Below, in pieces: positions 19,092 through 29,743 of a stretch of DNA of 64,000 nt. Source of the stretch: an uncultured Pseudomonadales bacterium (GTDB lineage: Bacteria > Patescibacteriota > Microgenomatia > UBA1400 > UBA1396). Both the position numbers and the translations under genes were made by a program. Where the stretch lies: NCBI GenBank assembly GCA_964447905.1, contig CAYUUK010000007.1:513-64512 (forward strand). Reading direction: 5' to 3'. The notes below the pieces were generated by a model, which ran no database searches, was not told where the DNA came from, and saw only the letters and a list, made by a program, of their open reading frames with translations. Position 1 is the stretch's first letter; every line of letters begins with the position of its first letter.

Positions 19092-20720
19092 GTGCGTCAG
19101 AGTCCGGTCGGAACTGGTCGAAAAAAAGTACAGGTTTCTCTTGGCTGGTGGGCCGCCTTTGCCGAATGGATCTTTGTTGGTTTTCTGCTGGTCGCAGCTT
19201 TTAGTGTACGACTGTATAAAATTGACGCCCCGCTTGGGGACTGGCACTCATTTCGTCAATCCGACACAGCCAGCGTAACGCGTGAGTATGTGCAGCACGG
19301 GGTGGATATACTCCGACCACAGTATCACGATGTATCGAACATCCAATCTGGACAGTTGAATCTGGATGGGTGGCGAATGGTGGAGTTTCCACTTTTGAAC
19401 GCGCTCACAGCCAGTATTCTTCAAACGTGGCCGCAGCTTGATCTCGTAGTAACCAGCCGCATGGTATCGATTGTGTCGAGCTTAGTGAGTTTGGCATGTG
19501 TTCTTTTCTTGGCAAGAAAGCTGTTTGGTCGAGTAACCATGGTGATTGCGGGTGTCACTTTTGCGTTTTTGCCATATAGCATTTATTACAGTCGTGTTAT
19601 TTTGCCGGAACCATTTATGGTTATGTGGTCAATGCTTGCTGCCGTAGGTATCTATCTCTGGAGTAGCGGGTTGTCGAAAAAGACAAAACAGCTTTTCAGT
19701 AAAAATGATATTTGGCTCGTGCTCGCGGCACTCAGTTTTATGATTGCTCTCTTAGTGAAACCTGTGGCGCTGTTCTTTGTGCCTTTTTACATTGGTATTT
19801 TTTGGCGTTTTCGTGTCTGGCGAATTACGCCCTGGATTCTCGCAACGGCACTCCTAACTGTTGCGCTTGTGCCACTGTGGTGGTGGCGAACCTGGATCCA
19901 GCAGTTTCCGAGTGGAATTCCGGCAAGTGACTGGTTACTCAATGGAAATGGCATTCGATTAAAGCCAGCTTGGTGGCGTTGGTTATTCGCTGATCGAATC
20001 GGTCGACTCATGTTTGGGTATTGGGGCGCTCCTTTGCTGCTGATTGGTTGGGTAGCAGGAGTTCAGCCTTGGAAGGCGAAGAAGCTCAAAAACATGCGTG
20101 AGTGGTTTATCGCTATTTGGAAGTACAAAGATTCTTGGTTCCAGGTTGAAGGTGCACTCATTTTTGGCGCAGTCGGTATGTTGGCGTATCTCGTTGTGTT
20201 CGCGAGTGGGAATGTACAGCATGACTATTACCAGATTCCACTGGTGCCGATTTTGGTACTTTTGTGGGCGCGCGGTGCGAGTTGGTTGATCGAGCAAGGA
20301 AGTGGTTGGTTGCAAAAGATTGAGCTCAGTGGTGTGGTGGCCATTATTGGTCTCTTCAGCATTGCTTTTGCATGGTATGAAGTAGCGGGTTGGTTTAACA
20401 TAAATAATCCTGCCTATGTGACTGCCGGCGCTGCTGTTCAGCAGCACACGCCTGATGATGCGCTAGTGATTGCACCTGGTTTTGGTGATACCACGTTCTT
20501 GTTTCAAACTGAGCGCCGCGGGTGGCCAATCGGTTTTGAGATTGAGGACAAAATTGCCGCTGGTGCGCAGTACTACGTATCAACTGCCTATGACGATGAA
20601 GCTCGTCGCCTTGAGAAACAATTTACGGTCATAGAAAAAACAGAAGAGTATATCTTGATTGATCTTCAGCAACCCATTTTGAATGAATTGAATGAAACCG
20701 AATCAGTGACTGGGGTGTAG
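19092..20720 (+). CDS. GT-C glycosyltransferase, ArnT/PMT (GT39/GT83)-like
   Basis: GTG start; polytopic N-terminal half resembles the ArnT/PMT_2 family; about 12 TM. Confidence 0.55.
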   Translation: MRQSPVGTGRKKVQVSLGWWAAFAEWIFVGFLLVAAFSVRLYKIDAPLGDWHSFRQSDTASVTREYVQHGVDILRPQYHDVSNIQSGQLNLDGWRMVEFPLLNALTASILQTWPQLDLVVTSRMVSIVSSLVSLACVLFLARKLFGRVTMVIAGVTFAFLPYSIYYSRVILPEPFMVMWSMLAAVGIYLWSSGLSKKTKQLFSKNDIWLVLAALSFMIALLVKPVALFFVPFYIGIFWRFRVWRITPWILATALLTVALVPLWWWRTWIQQFPSGIPASDWLLNGNGIRLKPAWWRWLFADRIGRLMFGYWGAPLLLIGWVAGVQPWKAKKLKNMREWFIAIWKYKDSWFQVEGALIFGAVGMLAYLVVFASGNVQHDYYQIPLVPILVLLWARGASWLIEQGSGWLQKIELSGVVAIIGLFSIAFAWYEVAGWFNINNPAYVTAGAAVQQHTPDDALVIAPGFGDTTFLFQTERRGWPIGFEIEDKIAAGAQYYVSTAYDDEARRLEKQFTVIEKTEEYILIDLQQPILNELNETESVTGV

Positions 20721-20725
20721 GGAAG

Positions 20726-21931
20726 TTGCCAATGCGTATTTTCATGTTAACTCCTTATCTTCCCTATCCACTGCTCAGTGGCGGTCAGGTTCGCACCTAC
20801 AACTTGCTGAAAAAGATTTCTGAAGAGCATGACGTGACTTTATTCGCCTTAATTAAGCACGAAGACGAGAAGCAGTATCTACCGGAGTTAGAAAAGTACT
20901 GTAGCAACGTACGGGTTTTTAAGCGTACTTCTCAACCCTGGCATCCGCGAAATATTCTTTTGGCAGGTTTAACGGCATATCCTTTTGTGGTGACGCGTAA
21001 CATGGTGATGTCGGTAAAGTCAGCCATTGCTGAAGAACTTGCTCGTACCGAATACGACCTTATTCATGTTGAGACGTTCTATATGATGCCGAATATTCCG
21101 GAAACGAAAATTCCCACACTGCTGGTTGAGCAAACTATTGAGTACTTAGGGTATGAACGGTTTGCACAGAAAATAACGAAAAAATTTCCATTTCTGCGTC
21201 CACTGTTAAATATCGATATCGCTAAAATTACTCATTGGGAAAAAGAGTATTGGCGCAGTTGTGACCAATTGATTACCGTTTCTGAAGATGATCGTGAGTT
21301 TATTCAAGAAACCGTACCTGATCTCAAAGATATTGCGGTGGTTTCCAACGGTGTAGATATTGAGTTCTTTGAAGAAAAGAAAAAGCAGTTGCATGACACT
21401 GATACGATTTTATTTGTGGGGACCTTTAACTGGTTACCCAATGTTGAAGCGGTTGAGTTTCTGGTAGAAGAGGTATGGCCCAAAATTCGTGAGTCTCTGC
21501 CGCACGTACAGCTAAGGATTGCTGGGGCCTCGCCCACAGCCAAAATCCGCCAGTATGCTGAGCAAGACGATCGTATTTGTGTGACTGGCCGTGTTCCGGA
21601 TATCCGCGATGAGTATGCGCAAGCCAATGTTTTGCTCGCTCCTGTTTTCAGTGGAAAAGGCACTCGCTATAAAGTGCTCGAAGCCATGGCTACACAGACA
21701 CCAGTGATAGGCACCAGTATTTCTATGGAAGGCATTGGTGCTGAACCGGAAAAAGAGTTCTTACAAGCCGACAACGCCGATGAAATGGCCGCACAAACCA
21801 TTCGTTTGCTGCGTGATGAAACGCTGCAAAAAAAGTTGGCGAAAGCTGGCAAGAAATTTGTGCAGCAACACTTTGGTTGGGAAAGTATTTCCGAAGAGTT
21901 ACTGGCCATCTATGAGGAAGCAGCGCGATAA
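20726..21931 (+). CDS. family 4 glycosyltransferase (GT-B)
   Basis: N-terminal Glyco_trans_4-like fold and a C-terminal EX7E-type Glycos_transf_1 region. Confidence 0.8.
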   Translation: MPMRIFMLTPYLPYPLLSGGQVRTYNLLKKISEEHDVTLFALIKHEDEKQYLPELEKYCSNVRVFKRTSQPWHPRNILLAGLTAYPFVVTRNMVMSVKSAIAEELARTEYDLIHVETFYMMPNIPETKIPTLLVEQTIEYLGYERFAQKITKKFPFLRPLLNIDIAKITHWEKEYWRSCDQLITVSEDDREFIQETVPDLKDIAVVSNGVDIEFFEEKKKQLHDTDTILFVGTFNWLPNVEAVEFLVEEVWPKIRESLPHVQLRIAGASPTAKIRQYAEQDDRICVTGRVPDIRDEYAQANVLLAPVFSGKGTRYKVLEAMATQTPVIGTSISMEGIGAEPEKEFLQADNADEMAAQTIRLLRDETLQKKLAKAGKKFVQQHFGWESISEELLAIYEEAAR

Positions 21932-21951
21932 GCGCGAGCAAGAAGGAAGCA

Positions 21952-22866
21952 ATGCAAAAAAAACTTTCGATCATCTTAGTGAGCTACAATTCCTGGCATT
22001 GGGTAGAGAAATGTCTACGGTCTTTTACCAATGTAGCCGAGTGGTCAGCTGACGAAAAAAAGACTCCGATCGAAGTTATTCTGGTTGATAATCATTCTCG
22101 TGATGGAGTACTGGCAAACGTTAAGCAGCAGTTCCCTTGGGTAAAAACGTTCTCACTGCCAGAAAATAGAGGATTCTCCGCCGGTAACAACGTGGGAATT
22201 CAGCAGGCAACGGCGCCCTACGTTATGCTTCTCAATACCGACACCGAGTTTCCTGAAAACACGCAGTTGTTTCCTCTGTTAGATGTGTTTGACGAACAGG
22301 AAGACGTGGCGGTGGTGACACCGAAGGTTGTGCTTTCTACTGGTGAGCTCGATCCTTCTAGTCATCGTGGTTTTCCAACCCCTTGGAATGCCATGATGTA
22401 CTACTCAGGAGTAGCAAAGCGATTTCCACAGGCTCGTTGGGCGGCTGGGTACCATCGAACATGGGAAGATCTGGATGTCGCTCACGAAATAGAGGCGTGT
22501 TCAGGTGCGGCGATGATTGTACGAAAAGCAGCTATCGATGAAGTGGGGTTGCTTGATGAGTCATATTTTATGTACGCGGAAGACCTGGATTGGTGTTACC
22601 GCTTCCACACACAAAAGTGGCGCATTTGGTTTGATCCATCAGTGGTCATCATTCATCACAAGCACAAATCCGGCCTAGGAAAAGCCGTCTCTTGGGAAAC
22701 AAAAGAAAAAACCATTCGCGCCTTTTATGACACGATGAAACAGTTTTGGCGAAAGTTTTATACCGATCGCTATCCGGCACTAGTTATGATTTTTGTGTTT
22801 GCTATGATAGAGTTACTCAAGTTGCGAAAACTAGAACAAGAAAGGAAACAGTATGAAAACCACTGA
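21952..22866 (+). CDS. family 2 glycosyltransferase
   Basis: LSIILVSYNSW...ILVDNHS...NRGFSAGNNVGI...LNTDTEF. Confidence 0.75.
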   Translation: MQKKLSIILVSYNSWHWVEKCLRSFTNVAEWSADEKKTPIEVILVDNHSRDGVLANVKQQFPWVKTFSLPENRGFSAGNNVGIQQATAPYVMLLNTDTEFPENTQLFPLLDVFDEQEDVAVVTPKVVLSTGELDPSSHRGFPTPWNAMMYYSGVAKRFPQARWAAGYHRTWEDLDVAHEIEACSGAAMIVRKAAIDEVGLLDESYFMYAEDLDWCYRFHTQKWRIWFDPSVVIIHHKHKSGLGKAVSWETKEKTIRAFYDTMKQFWRKFYTDRYPALVMIFVFAMIELLKLRKLEQERKQYENH

Positions 22867-23386
22867 TTTGCGTTTTCAAATTGCGAAAACACAGCGAGAT
22901 CAACAAACCGCTTTACAAGGAGCTTTATTAGTTGTCTTCTTTGCGGTTATTACTGCCTCGGTTGGTCCGCAATTTATCTATCAATATGCTTTGCAAAATG
23001 CACCAGTTGAGCAACAGATGCTTATTCTCGGTAACTTACCGGTAGTGAGCTATGGAATTGCTGTAGTCGTTTTCTTGTGGGCTTTGGTAAGAAATTTCTT
23101 CCGCAGTCGTACAATTCGCATGTATGAGCAAGAACTCCAACTCCTGGCATACGCCATGATGGATGACTGCATGTGTTGTGTTGGCGATTCCTGTGAATGT
23201 GTCTGCCACACACCTTCCCATGATGACTTTGCTTCAGCGCTTTCTGCTGTAGAGGACTCCGAAGGTGCTGTTGCTGACGATTATGAAAAGAAAACTGTTA
23301 AGAAAGCAATGAGCTCCAAGTCTACAAAGAAGTCCACTTCTTCCAAGAAAAGTACTAAAAAATCTACTTCTCAGAAGTTGAAATAA
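22853..23386 (+). CDS. small membrane protein with a Cys cluster and a KST-rich tail
   Basis: Two TM; DDCMCCVGDSCECVCH cysteine cluster; the C-terminus repeats KSTKKSTSSKKSTKKSTSQKLK. Confidence 0.35.
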   Translation: MKTTDLRFQIAKTQRDQQTALQGALLVVFFAVITASVGPQFIYQYALQNAPVEQQMLILGNLPVVSYGIAVVVFLWALVRNFFRSRTIRMYEQELQLLAYAMMDDCMCCVGDSCECVCHTPSHDDFASALSAVEDSEGAVADDYEKKTVKKAMSSKSTKKSTSSKKSTKKSTSQKLK

Positions 23387-23407
23387 CTGAAAAGGAGGAC
23401 ACAGCGC

Positions 23408-24568
23408 ATGTCCGCTGGTCCGATTCGAATAGGTTTTGATGCACGACTGGCCGGTTCCCGCCACGCGGGAATCGGTCGTTATGCAGAAAATCTCTTACGG
23501 TACCTTCTGGAAGAAATTCACGTTGCAGAAGGGCGGCCCATTCAGTGGGTCGTTTTTGTGGCGCAAGAACACGATCTGTCCTGGCTTGAGTCGCTTGGAG
23601 ATACGGTTGAGATTCGGCACGTTTGTATACGACACTACTCTGTTGCTGAGCAGATTCTGTGGCCGCAGATTCTGATGCGTGCGAAACTGGATCTTTTGCA
23701 TGTGCCGCACTTTAATGTTCCTGTCCTCTATACGCTGCCTTTTACTGTTACTATCCATGATTTGCTGTGGCACCAACAGCGAGATCCACGAGCCACGACC
23801 TTGTTGCCCTGGATGCATCGATTGAAGTATGGAGCCTATCGTTTGGTGAGCTGGATGGCTATTCGTCGAGCCAAGTATGTGTTTGTGCCCTCTAAGGTGG
23901 TGCAAAAAGAAGTGGCCCGGGCCACCGGACGAGTGCGCTCGGTCCGCGTCACACCAGAGGGTGTGGGAGAACCGTATCGTTCCGCTACCATTTCAGAGAA
24001 CTCAAAAGACTTCAAAGCAGCGAGCGCGCCATATTGTGTGTATACCGGGAGCTTGTATCCGCACAAAAATGTCGAGGTGATTTTACGAGCTTTACGCCGG
24101 GTTCCGCAGATGCGACTTGTTCTGGCGAGCTCACGATCGGTGTTTACCGAGAGGTTCTTAGAACAAGCTGAACGATACGGAGTTGCCTCACAGGTTGAGT
24201 GGCGTGGATATGTGCCGGATACTGAAATGATTTCGCTGTATCGCTCTGCCACTGCGCTGATTCAGCCCTCTCTGTCGGAAGGTTTTGGATTGACCGGTTT
24301 AGAGGCCTTGGCGGTCGGGGCACGAGTGATCGCTGCCGATATCCCTATCTTTCACGAAGTATACGGAGAGTGTGCTGAGTATTTTCCGCCGCGTGATGGA
24401 TATGCTTTGAGTGAGTTGTTAGAGAGATTCGGAGAGGTTGCGCCGGCGCTCTCCGAGCGCCGGCGCAACCGTCGCCACGCACTCACCTACAGCTGGCAAA
24501 TTATGGGTGAGCAAACATGGGAAAAGATGCGTGTAGTCATTCAACAGAATCAGCAGAAAGCCGTCTAA
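23408..24568 (+). CDS. family 4 glycosyltransferase
   Basis: GT-B fold with a Glycos_transf_1 C-terminal domain (GLTGLEALAVGARVIA). Confidence 0.7.
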   Translation: MSAGPIRIGFDARLAGSRHAGIGRYAENLLRYLLEEIHVAEGRPIQWVVFVAQEHDLSWLESLGDTVEIRHVCIRHYSVAEQILWPQILMRAKLDLLHVPHFNVPVLYTLPFTVTIHDLLWHQQRDPRATTLLPWMHRLKYGAYRLVSWMAIRRAKYVFVPSKVVQKEVARATGRVRSVRVTPEGVGEPYRSATISENSKDFKAASAPYCVYTGSLYPHKNVEVILRALRRVPQMRLVLASSRSVFTERFLEQAERYGVASQVEWRGYVPDTEMISLYRSATALIQPSLSEGFGLTGLEALAVGARVIAADIPIFHEVYGECAEYFPPRDGYALSELLERFGEVAPALSERRRNRRHALTYSWQIMGEQTWEKMRVVIQQNQQKAV

Positions 24569-24571
24569 TAT

Positions 24572-25795
24572 ATGGACTATATGGACACTGCAGAGACACC
24601 CACTCATCATCAAACGAAGCCGTATCAGGATGCTCGTGTCGCCATTGTGTACGATCGACTGAACTCTGCCGGTGGAGCAGAAAAAGTTCTGGTACAGTTA
24701 CAAGCTTTGTATCCGGAAGCGGTTTTTTTTACATCTGTTTATGCACCAGAGAAAACACCATGGCTAAAAGCAGGAACCGAGGTCCGCACTTCCTATCTGC
24801 AAAGAATTCCAGGAGCCAAAAATCACCATCGCTTATTCGGTTGGCTGATGCCTTTTCTGTTTGAGTCCTTTGACTTCACTGGGTTTGATATCGTTATTTC
24901 TGTGACGTCGGAGGCGGCAAAAGGAGTCCTTACGCAACCCCATCAACTCCACGTTTGCTATCTTCTTACACCCACTCGGTATTTGTGGTCGCATCAGGAG
25001 TTGTATGAGCAGCAGGTGCCAGGGTTTTTGCGAAGCGTCATGCGTCGCCTGGTGCGGTATTTGCAAAATTGGGATCGAGTGGCGGCGTATCGACCAGATA
25101 GGATGATTCCGATTTCGAAGCAAGTGTGGGAAAGAGCAAAACAGTACTATCGTCGTCCTCTTGAAGAGCCTCTGTATCCACCAGCAGATGTGGTGCAAAC
25201 CAGTGTCCAGCCAGAGAAAACAAGAGAATCAGATTTTCCGAAGTCCTTTTTTTTCACCTGGGGACGTCACGTGGCTTATAAGCAGTTTGACACCGTCATC
25301 GCCGCTGCTGTGAGTGCGCAAGAGCCGCTGGTGATAGCCGGAGAAGGTCCGCAAACTGCCTTTCTCAAAAAACTAGCCAAACAGCTTGATCCCCACCAGC
25401 AGTATATTTATTTTTTGGGCGCGCTCAGTGATTCGGAAATTACTTGGTGTCTCGAATCCGCTCATGCAGCCGTCTTCCCACAAGAAGAAGATTATGGCAT
25501 TGTAATAGCAGAATCGCTTCTGGTTGGTTGTCCAGTGATTGCGCACAAAAAAAGTGGTGCAACAGAAAAAATGACCAGTGGTGATGGTGTGCTGATACCC
25601 GAAGGCAGTGTTTCTATGGTTCTAGCGGCCATGCAAAAAATACGAGCAAAAACATGGGACAGACTTGACATTCGTCACCGTGCGCGACAATATGCAGGGG
25701 TACGGTTTTCTGAGGAATGGAACCGCGCGCTTCGTAAGCAGTGGCAAGAACACCCGCGCTTGTGGCGCAAAGAATTGAAAGGAATCTATGAGTGA
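24572..25795 (+). CDS. family 4 glycosyltransferase
   Basis: GT-B architecture; region FPQEEDYGIVIAESLLVGCPVIA. Confidence 0.7.
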   Translation: MDYMDTAETPTHHQTKPYQDARVAIVYDRLNSAGGAEKVLVQLQALYPEAVFFTSVYAPEKTPWLKAGTEVRTSYLQRIPGAKNHHRLFGWLMPFLFESFDFTGFDIVISVTSEAAKGVLTQPHQLHVCYLLTPTRYLWSHQELYEQQVPGFLRSVMRRLVRYLQNWDRVAAYRPDRMIPISKQVWERAKQYYRRPLEEPLYPPADVVQTSVQPEKTRESDFPKSFFFTWGRHVAYKQFDTVIAAAVSAQEPLVIAGEGPQTAFLKKLAKQLDPHQQYIYFLGALSDSEITWCLESAHAAVFPQEEDYGIVIAESLLVGCPVIAHKKSGATEKMTSGDGVLIPEGSVSMVLAAMQKIRAKTWDRLDIRHRARQYAGVRFSEEWNRALRKQWQEHPRLWRKELKGIYE

Positions 25796-26900
25796 ACAGG
25801 CACTTGAGCACACATACGCCGTCATTTTGGCTGGTGGGAGTGGTACAAGGTTGTGGCCAAAATCCCGCGATAACACTCCAAAACAGTTCTTAAAACTCGG
25901 CGGAGACCGCACTATGATGCAAGGTGCCGTTGATCGCATTCTTCCCTTAATTCCATGGGAGAGACTTATTGTGGTGACCAACGAAAAGTATGTACAAGAT
26001 GTGCGTGCGCAATTACCAGAGATACCTCAAGAAAACATTGTGGCTGAGCCGGATAAGCGAGACACAGCCTTAGCTATGGCTCTCGGAGCACTGATTGCCA
26101 AGAATCGCGATCCAGAGGCTGTTGTGGTAAACATCGCCTCAGACCATGTTCTCTTAAATGAAGATGAGTATCGCCGAGTTGTTTCGGCTGCGGTTGCGTT
26201 GGCAAGTCAAAAGTCTCATTTAGTGACTGTGGGTATTACTCCAACTGGTCCGAACGTGAACTTTGGATACATTCAGGCCAATGGTGATCTCACCGAAGTC
26301 AACGGGTACACAGCCCGACTGGTGCAGAGTTTTAAAGAAAAGCCAGATAAAACCACAGCCGAACAGTTCCTCGCTGCTGGCAACTACTACTGGAACGCCA
26401 ACATGTACACGTGGCATGTTGACGCTATCTGGGAGGCTTTTGAACGTCATATGCCCAGCATGATGCCTGCTCTGGAGAAAATCGATGCCGCCGTTGGCAC
26501 GGATCACTTTGAGTCGGTACTGGCTGAAGTGTACGCCGATGCAGAAAAGGTGCCTATCGATATCGCTATTTCCGAAAAAGCCGACAACTTGGTCCTTTTT
26601 GCCGGCGACTTCGGCTGGGATGATATTGGACTGTGGAGCACAGTGTACCAGCTTGGCAAGAAAGATGAACACGGTACCGTAGTGGTCAGTGACTCTGACG
26701 ACACCAGCCCAGTTATTCAACTGGATTCTCAGAATAATTTAGTAACCACGAATGATCGGCTCGTGGCGCTTATTGGTATAGAAGACATGGTGGTCATAGA
26801 TAGTAAAGACGTGTTGCTTGTGCTGCCACGAGAGCGTGCCGCTGACGTGAAAAAAGTCGTTCAAGCACTCAAAGAGAAAGAGTTACAGGACTATCTATGA
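25788..26900 (+). CDS. manC: mannose-1-phosphate guanylyltransferase (sugar-1-P nucleotidyltransferase)
   Basis: AVILAGGSGTRLWP signature; C-terminal left-handed beta-helix region; overlaps flanking genes (operon). Confidence 0.8.
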   Translation: MSEQALEHTYAVILAGGSGTRLWPKSRDNTPKQFLKLGGDRTMMQGAVDRILPLIPWERLIVVTNEKYVQDVRAQLPEIPQENIVAEPDKRDTALAMALGALIAKNRDPEAVVVNIASDHVLLNEDEYRRVVSAAVALASQKSHLVTVGITPTGPNVNFGYIQANGDLTEVNGYTARLVQSFKEKPDKTTAEQFLAAGNYYWNANMYTWHVDAIWEAFERHMPSMMPALEKIDAAVGTDHFESVLAEVYADAEKVPIDIAISEKADNLVLFAGDFGWDDIGLWSTVYQLGKKDEHGTVVVSDSDDTSPVIQLDSQNNLVTTNDRLVALIGIEDMVVIDSKDVLLVLPRERAADVKKVVQALKEKELQDYL

Positions 26901-27517
26901 GCTACGAAGCCCAAAAGCGTGTTCTTGATATAGTGGTTGCCTCGATTTTATTGGTTGGATTTCTTCCTTTTTGGATAGTCATTCCCATTTTGATTTATCT
27001 TGATTCAGGTTGGCCGGTGTTTTTTGTTCATGAGCGAGTGGGCAAAGATGGCAGACCGATAAAACTCTTTAAATTTCGCTCGATGATTCAGGGTGCCGAC
27101 GACTTGCTGCACAAGAAAGATCGCCAGTTACTGGAGAAGTTTAAGGCGGGAGACTGGAAGTTGGAGAACGATCCGCGAATTACCAAACTCGGTCGGGTTC
27201 TGCGTTCGCTCACAATTGACGAATTTCCCCAGCTGCTGAACGTCCTACGGGGCGAAATGAGCATGATTGGACCGCGAGCGTACGTGAAGCGGGAGCTAGA
27301 CGATCAGACCGAGCGATATCCAGAGACGCAAGAACTCATACCGGTTATCTTGAGTGTGAAGCCTGGAATTACCGGTCCTTGGCAAGTTTCCGGTCGTAAC
27401 GACATTCCTTTTGTGCAGCGTGCGCAGCTTGATGCAGACTACGCTCGACAAAGGTCCATATGGAATGATATTCTGATACTGCTCAAGACTCCCCGAGCAA
27501 TGATCTCCCGCTGGTAA
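26897..27517 (+). CDS. bacterial sugar transferase (WbaP/WcaJ-type polyprenyl-phosphate hexose-1-P transferase, small form)
   Basis: KRVLDIVVASILL...GKDGRPIKLFKFRSM...FPQLLNVLRGEMSMIGPRA is highly characteristic. Confidence 0.85.
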   Translation: MSYEAQKRVLDIVVASILLVGFLPFWIVIPILIYLDSGWPVFFVHERVGKDGRPIKLFKFRSMIQGADDLLHKKDRQLLEKFKAGDWKLENDPRITKLGRVLRSLTIDEFPQLLNVLRGEMSMIGPRAYVKRELDDQTERYPETQELIPVILSVKPGITGPWQVSGRNDIPFVQRAQLDADYARQRSIWNDILILLKTPRAMISRW

Positions 27518-27598
27518 ATCCGTTTGCGGGTCCATTGTTGTCTGTGTGTATTTTTGTGATGAATGGAGTCATAACTGAGTGAAAATATTGGAGAATAT

Positions 27599-29734
27599 AT
27601 GGCAAATAATTCAAATCCTCCTCGAATTGATAGCGAATTTTTTGCGGCTTGGAAAAAGAACAGTGACTCACGTCAACAGACGCAGCAGTCAGCAGCTCAG
27701 CCTCCAAGCCAAGAAGCAGCTGCTCCAGAGGCCGCATCAGATTCAAAAACTTCTCGAACAACACGTAGTGGGAGCTTTTTTGCTCGTCGTCGTAGCGGTG
27801 CTCAAAAGAAAACGAGTGCTGATTCAGCGAAAAAAACTCGACCTTCACAGGCTCGAAAGTGGTGGAAGACTCGTGCATTTCGGGTGAGTATTGCCGTTTT
27901 TGGTGTTTTGCTTGTTTTGGTGGCTGGTGTAGGAGCTTTTGGCTTCTGGGGGTACCAAAAAGCCTTAGCAATCCAAGCAGTGGCTTTTGAGGCTCGGGCA
28001 GAAGCACAACTTACCTATGCCGCCTTTAAGACACAGAACTTGCCTGCTGCCAAAGAGCACCTTACTAAAGTTCAGGAACACGTGCTGGAAATCCAGTCGC
28101 TGTATGATGATGTTGCCTGGGCAAAAAATATCCCTGTCGCGAAAGCGTACTACGCCGATGGTGAACGAGCTCTCGTCGCCGCTGTAGCCGGAACGAACGC
28201 TGGTTTGAAAGGTATTACCGCTATCGAGCCACATGCCGACCTTCTTGGTTTTGAAGGTGAAGGCACGTTTGCCGGTACCACCGAGGATCGTCTCGGAGTT
28301 GTACTCGAGACTCTTAACCAAATTTCTCCTGAACTTGATGCTATCGCTGCAGACATTGAGATTGTGCAAGAAAATATCGGCGCTATCGATCCAGATCGTT
28401 ATCCCGAAACACTGCGTGGGTATGAAGTCAGATCTTTGATTCGCCAGGCGCAAGATTACGCCCTTGCGGCAGAGGTTGCCCTCAACGAAGCTCGCCCAGC
28501 GGTGGAGCGCTTGCCGATAGTGGCTGGTGCCGAAGAGCGCCGCAAGTACTTGGTCATCTTCCAGAATGACAACGAACTGCGCCCAACCGGTGGGTTCATG
28601 ACCGCTTATGCCGTGGTCTATGTGGAAGACGCCAAAGTCACCCCAGAGAAGTCTGACGACATCTATGAGCTCGACCAGAAGTTCCGTAACAAACCACCCA
28701 TTCCGGAGGAGCTCGGTCGCTTCTTGATTACCGAAAACACCTGGAACTTGCGAGACATGAACATCGATCCCAACTTTAAGAACTCGATGGAAACTTTCTA
28801 TGAGTACTACCAAGAAGTTCCTGGTGAACCATCCGATATTGACGGTATCATTGCGGTCGACACCGTAGTGCTCGAGAAAATTGTCGAGATCATTGGTCCG
28901 GTGGAAGTGCCGGGATATGGCACCTTCTCCGCACAGAATCTCGAAATTTGTGACTGTCCGCAAATCATCTATGCCTTGTCAGAAATTATTGATCGCCCCA
29001 CGCCATACATCCGTGAGGACCGCAAAGGTATCCTGGCGCCAATGATGCAGGCTATTATCCAGAAGGTGTACGCCACCGAGCGTACGAAGTGGCCACAGTT
29101 GGCTGAGCTTCTCTGGCAAAGTGTGGAAGGTCGCCACGTGCAGATGTACTTCATGAATGAAGAAGATCAGGCTGCTGCCGAGTTGATCGGTGCCGCTGGC
29201 ATCATTCCTGAGTTGTCAGAAACCGGCGATTACCTCACGGTAATTGATGCCAACTTGGCTGGTGCGAAGTCCAACCTGTTTGTAGAAAACTCTGGTGAGA
29301 TTGACGTTCGCGACATCACCGATGGTCGTGTTCGTAAGCAAGTCGAACTGACCTACCGCAACACGCATCCACCGTCTAACTGTAACCTGGAAGCTGGTCA
29401 GCTGTGTCTCAACGGCATGCTCAATGACTGGACCCGCTGGTACGTGCCAAAGGGTGTTGAGGTGGAAGAAGTCCTCGGCTTAGAAGAAGACTACGTTGTG
29501 GATACCAGTCACGATGCTTATGACATTATTGAGGGTGTTTTCAAGGTTGCGCCACTGGGTCAAACCAAAGTACGTATTACCTATACCGTGCCATACAGCG
29601 GTGAGCCAGATGCGAACTACATGCTCCGCATGCAAAAGCAGGGTGGTACCGATGACTTCCCATATGTGGTCAGTACTCCTTGGGGGCAAACAGAGTTCAT
29701 TCTCGACAAAGACCGCGACATTGTAGTGGAGTAA
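27599..29734 (+). CDS. membrane-anchored DUF4012-like protein
   Basis: Single N-terminal TM after a basic cytoplasmic head, then a large extracytoplasmic domain. The KYLVIFQNDNELRPTGGFMTAYAVV motif is as I recall for DUF4012. Confidence 0.4.
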   Translation: MANNSNPPRIDSEFFAAWKKNSDSRQQTQQSAAQPPSQEAAAPEAASDSKTSRTTRSGSFFARRRSGAQKKTSADSAKKTRPSQARKWWKTRAFRVSIAVFGVLLVLVAGVGAFGFWGYQKALAIQAVAFEARAEAQLTYAAFKTQNLPAAKEHLTKVQEHVLEIQSLYDDVAWAKNIPVAKAYYADGERALVAAVAGTNAGLKGITAIEPHADLLGFEGEGTFAGTTEDRLGVVLETLNQISPELDAIAADIEIVQENIGAIDPDRYPETLRGYEVRSLIRQAQDYALAAEVALNEARPAVERLPIVAGAEERRKYLVIFQNDNELRPTGGFMTAYAVVYVEDAKVTPEKSDDIYELDQKFRNKPPIPEELGRFLITENTWNLRDMNIDPNFKNSMETFYEYYQEVPGEPSDIDGIIAVDTVVLEKIVEIIGPVEVPGYGTFSAQNLEICDCPQIIYALSEIIDRPTPYIREDRKGILAPMMQAIIQKVYATERTKWPQLAELLWQSVEGRHVQMYFMNEEDQAAAELIGAAGIIPELSETGDYLTVIDANLAGAKSNLFVENSGEIDVRDITDGRVRKQVELTYRNTHPPSNCNLEAGQLCLNGMLNDWTRWYVPKGVEVEEVLGLEEDYVVDTSHDAYDIIEGVFKVAPLGQTKVRITYTVPYSGEPDANYMLRMQKQGGTDDFPYVVSTPWGQTEFILDKDRDIVVE

Positions 29735-29743
29735 ACCAAACCT

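Noticed and set aside
27965-28963. 332 aa ORF antisense to the DUF4012-like gene
   Set aside because: It lies fully inside a well-supported plus-strand gene with recognisable motifs and operon context. The antisense product is low-complexity and Cys/His/Phe-rich with no family resemblance.
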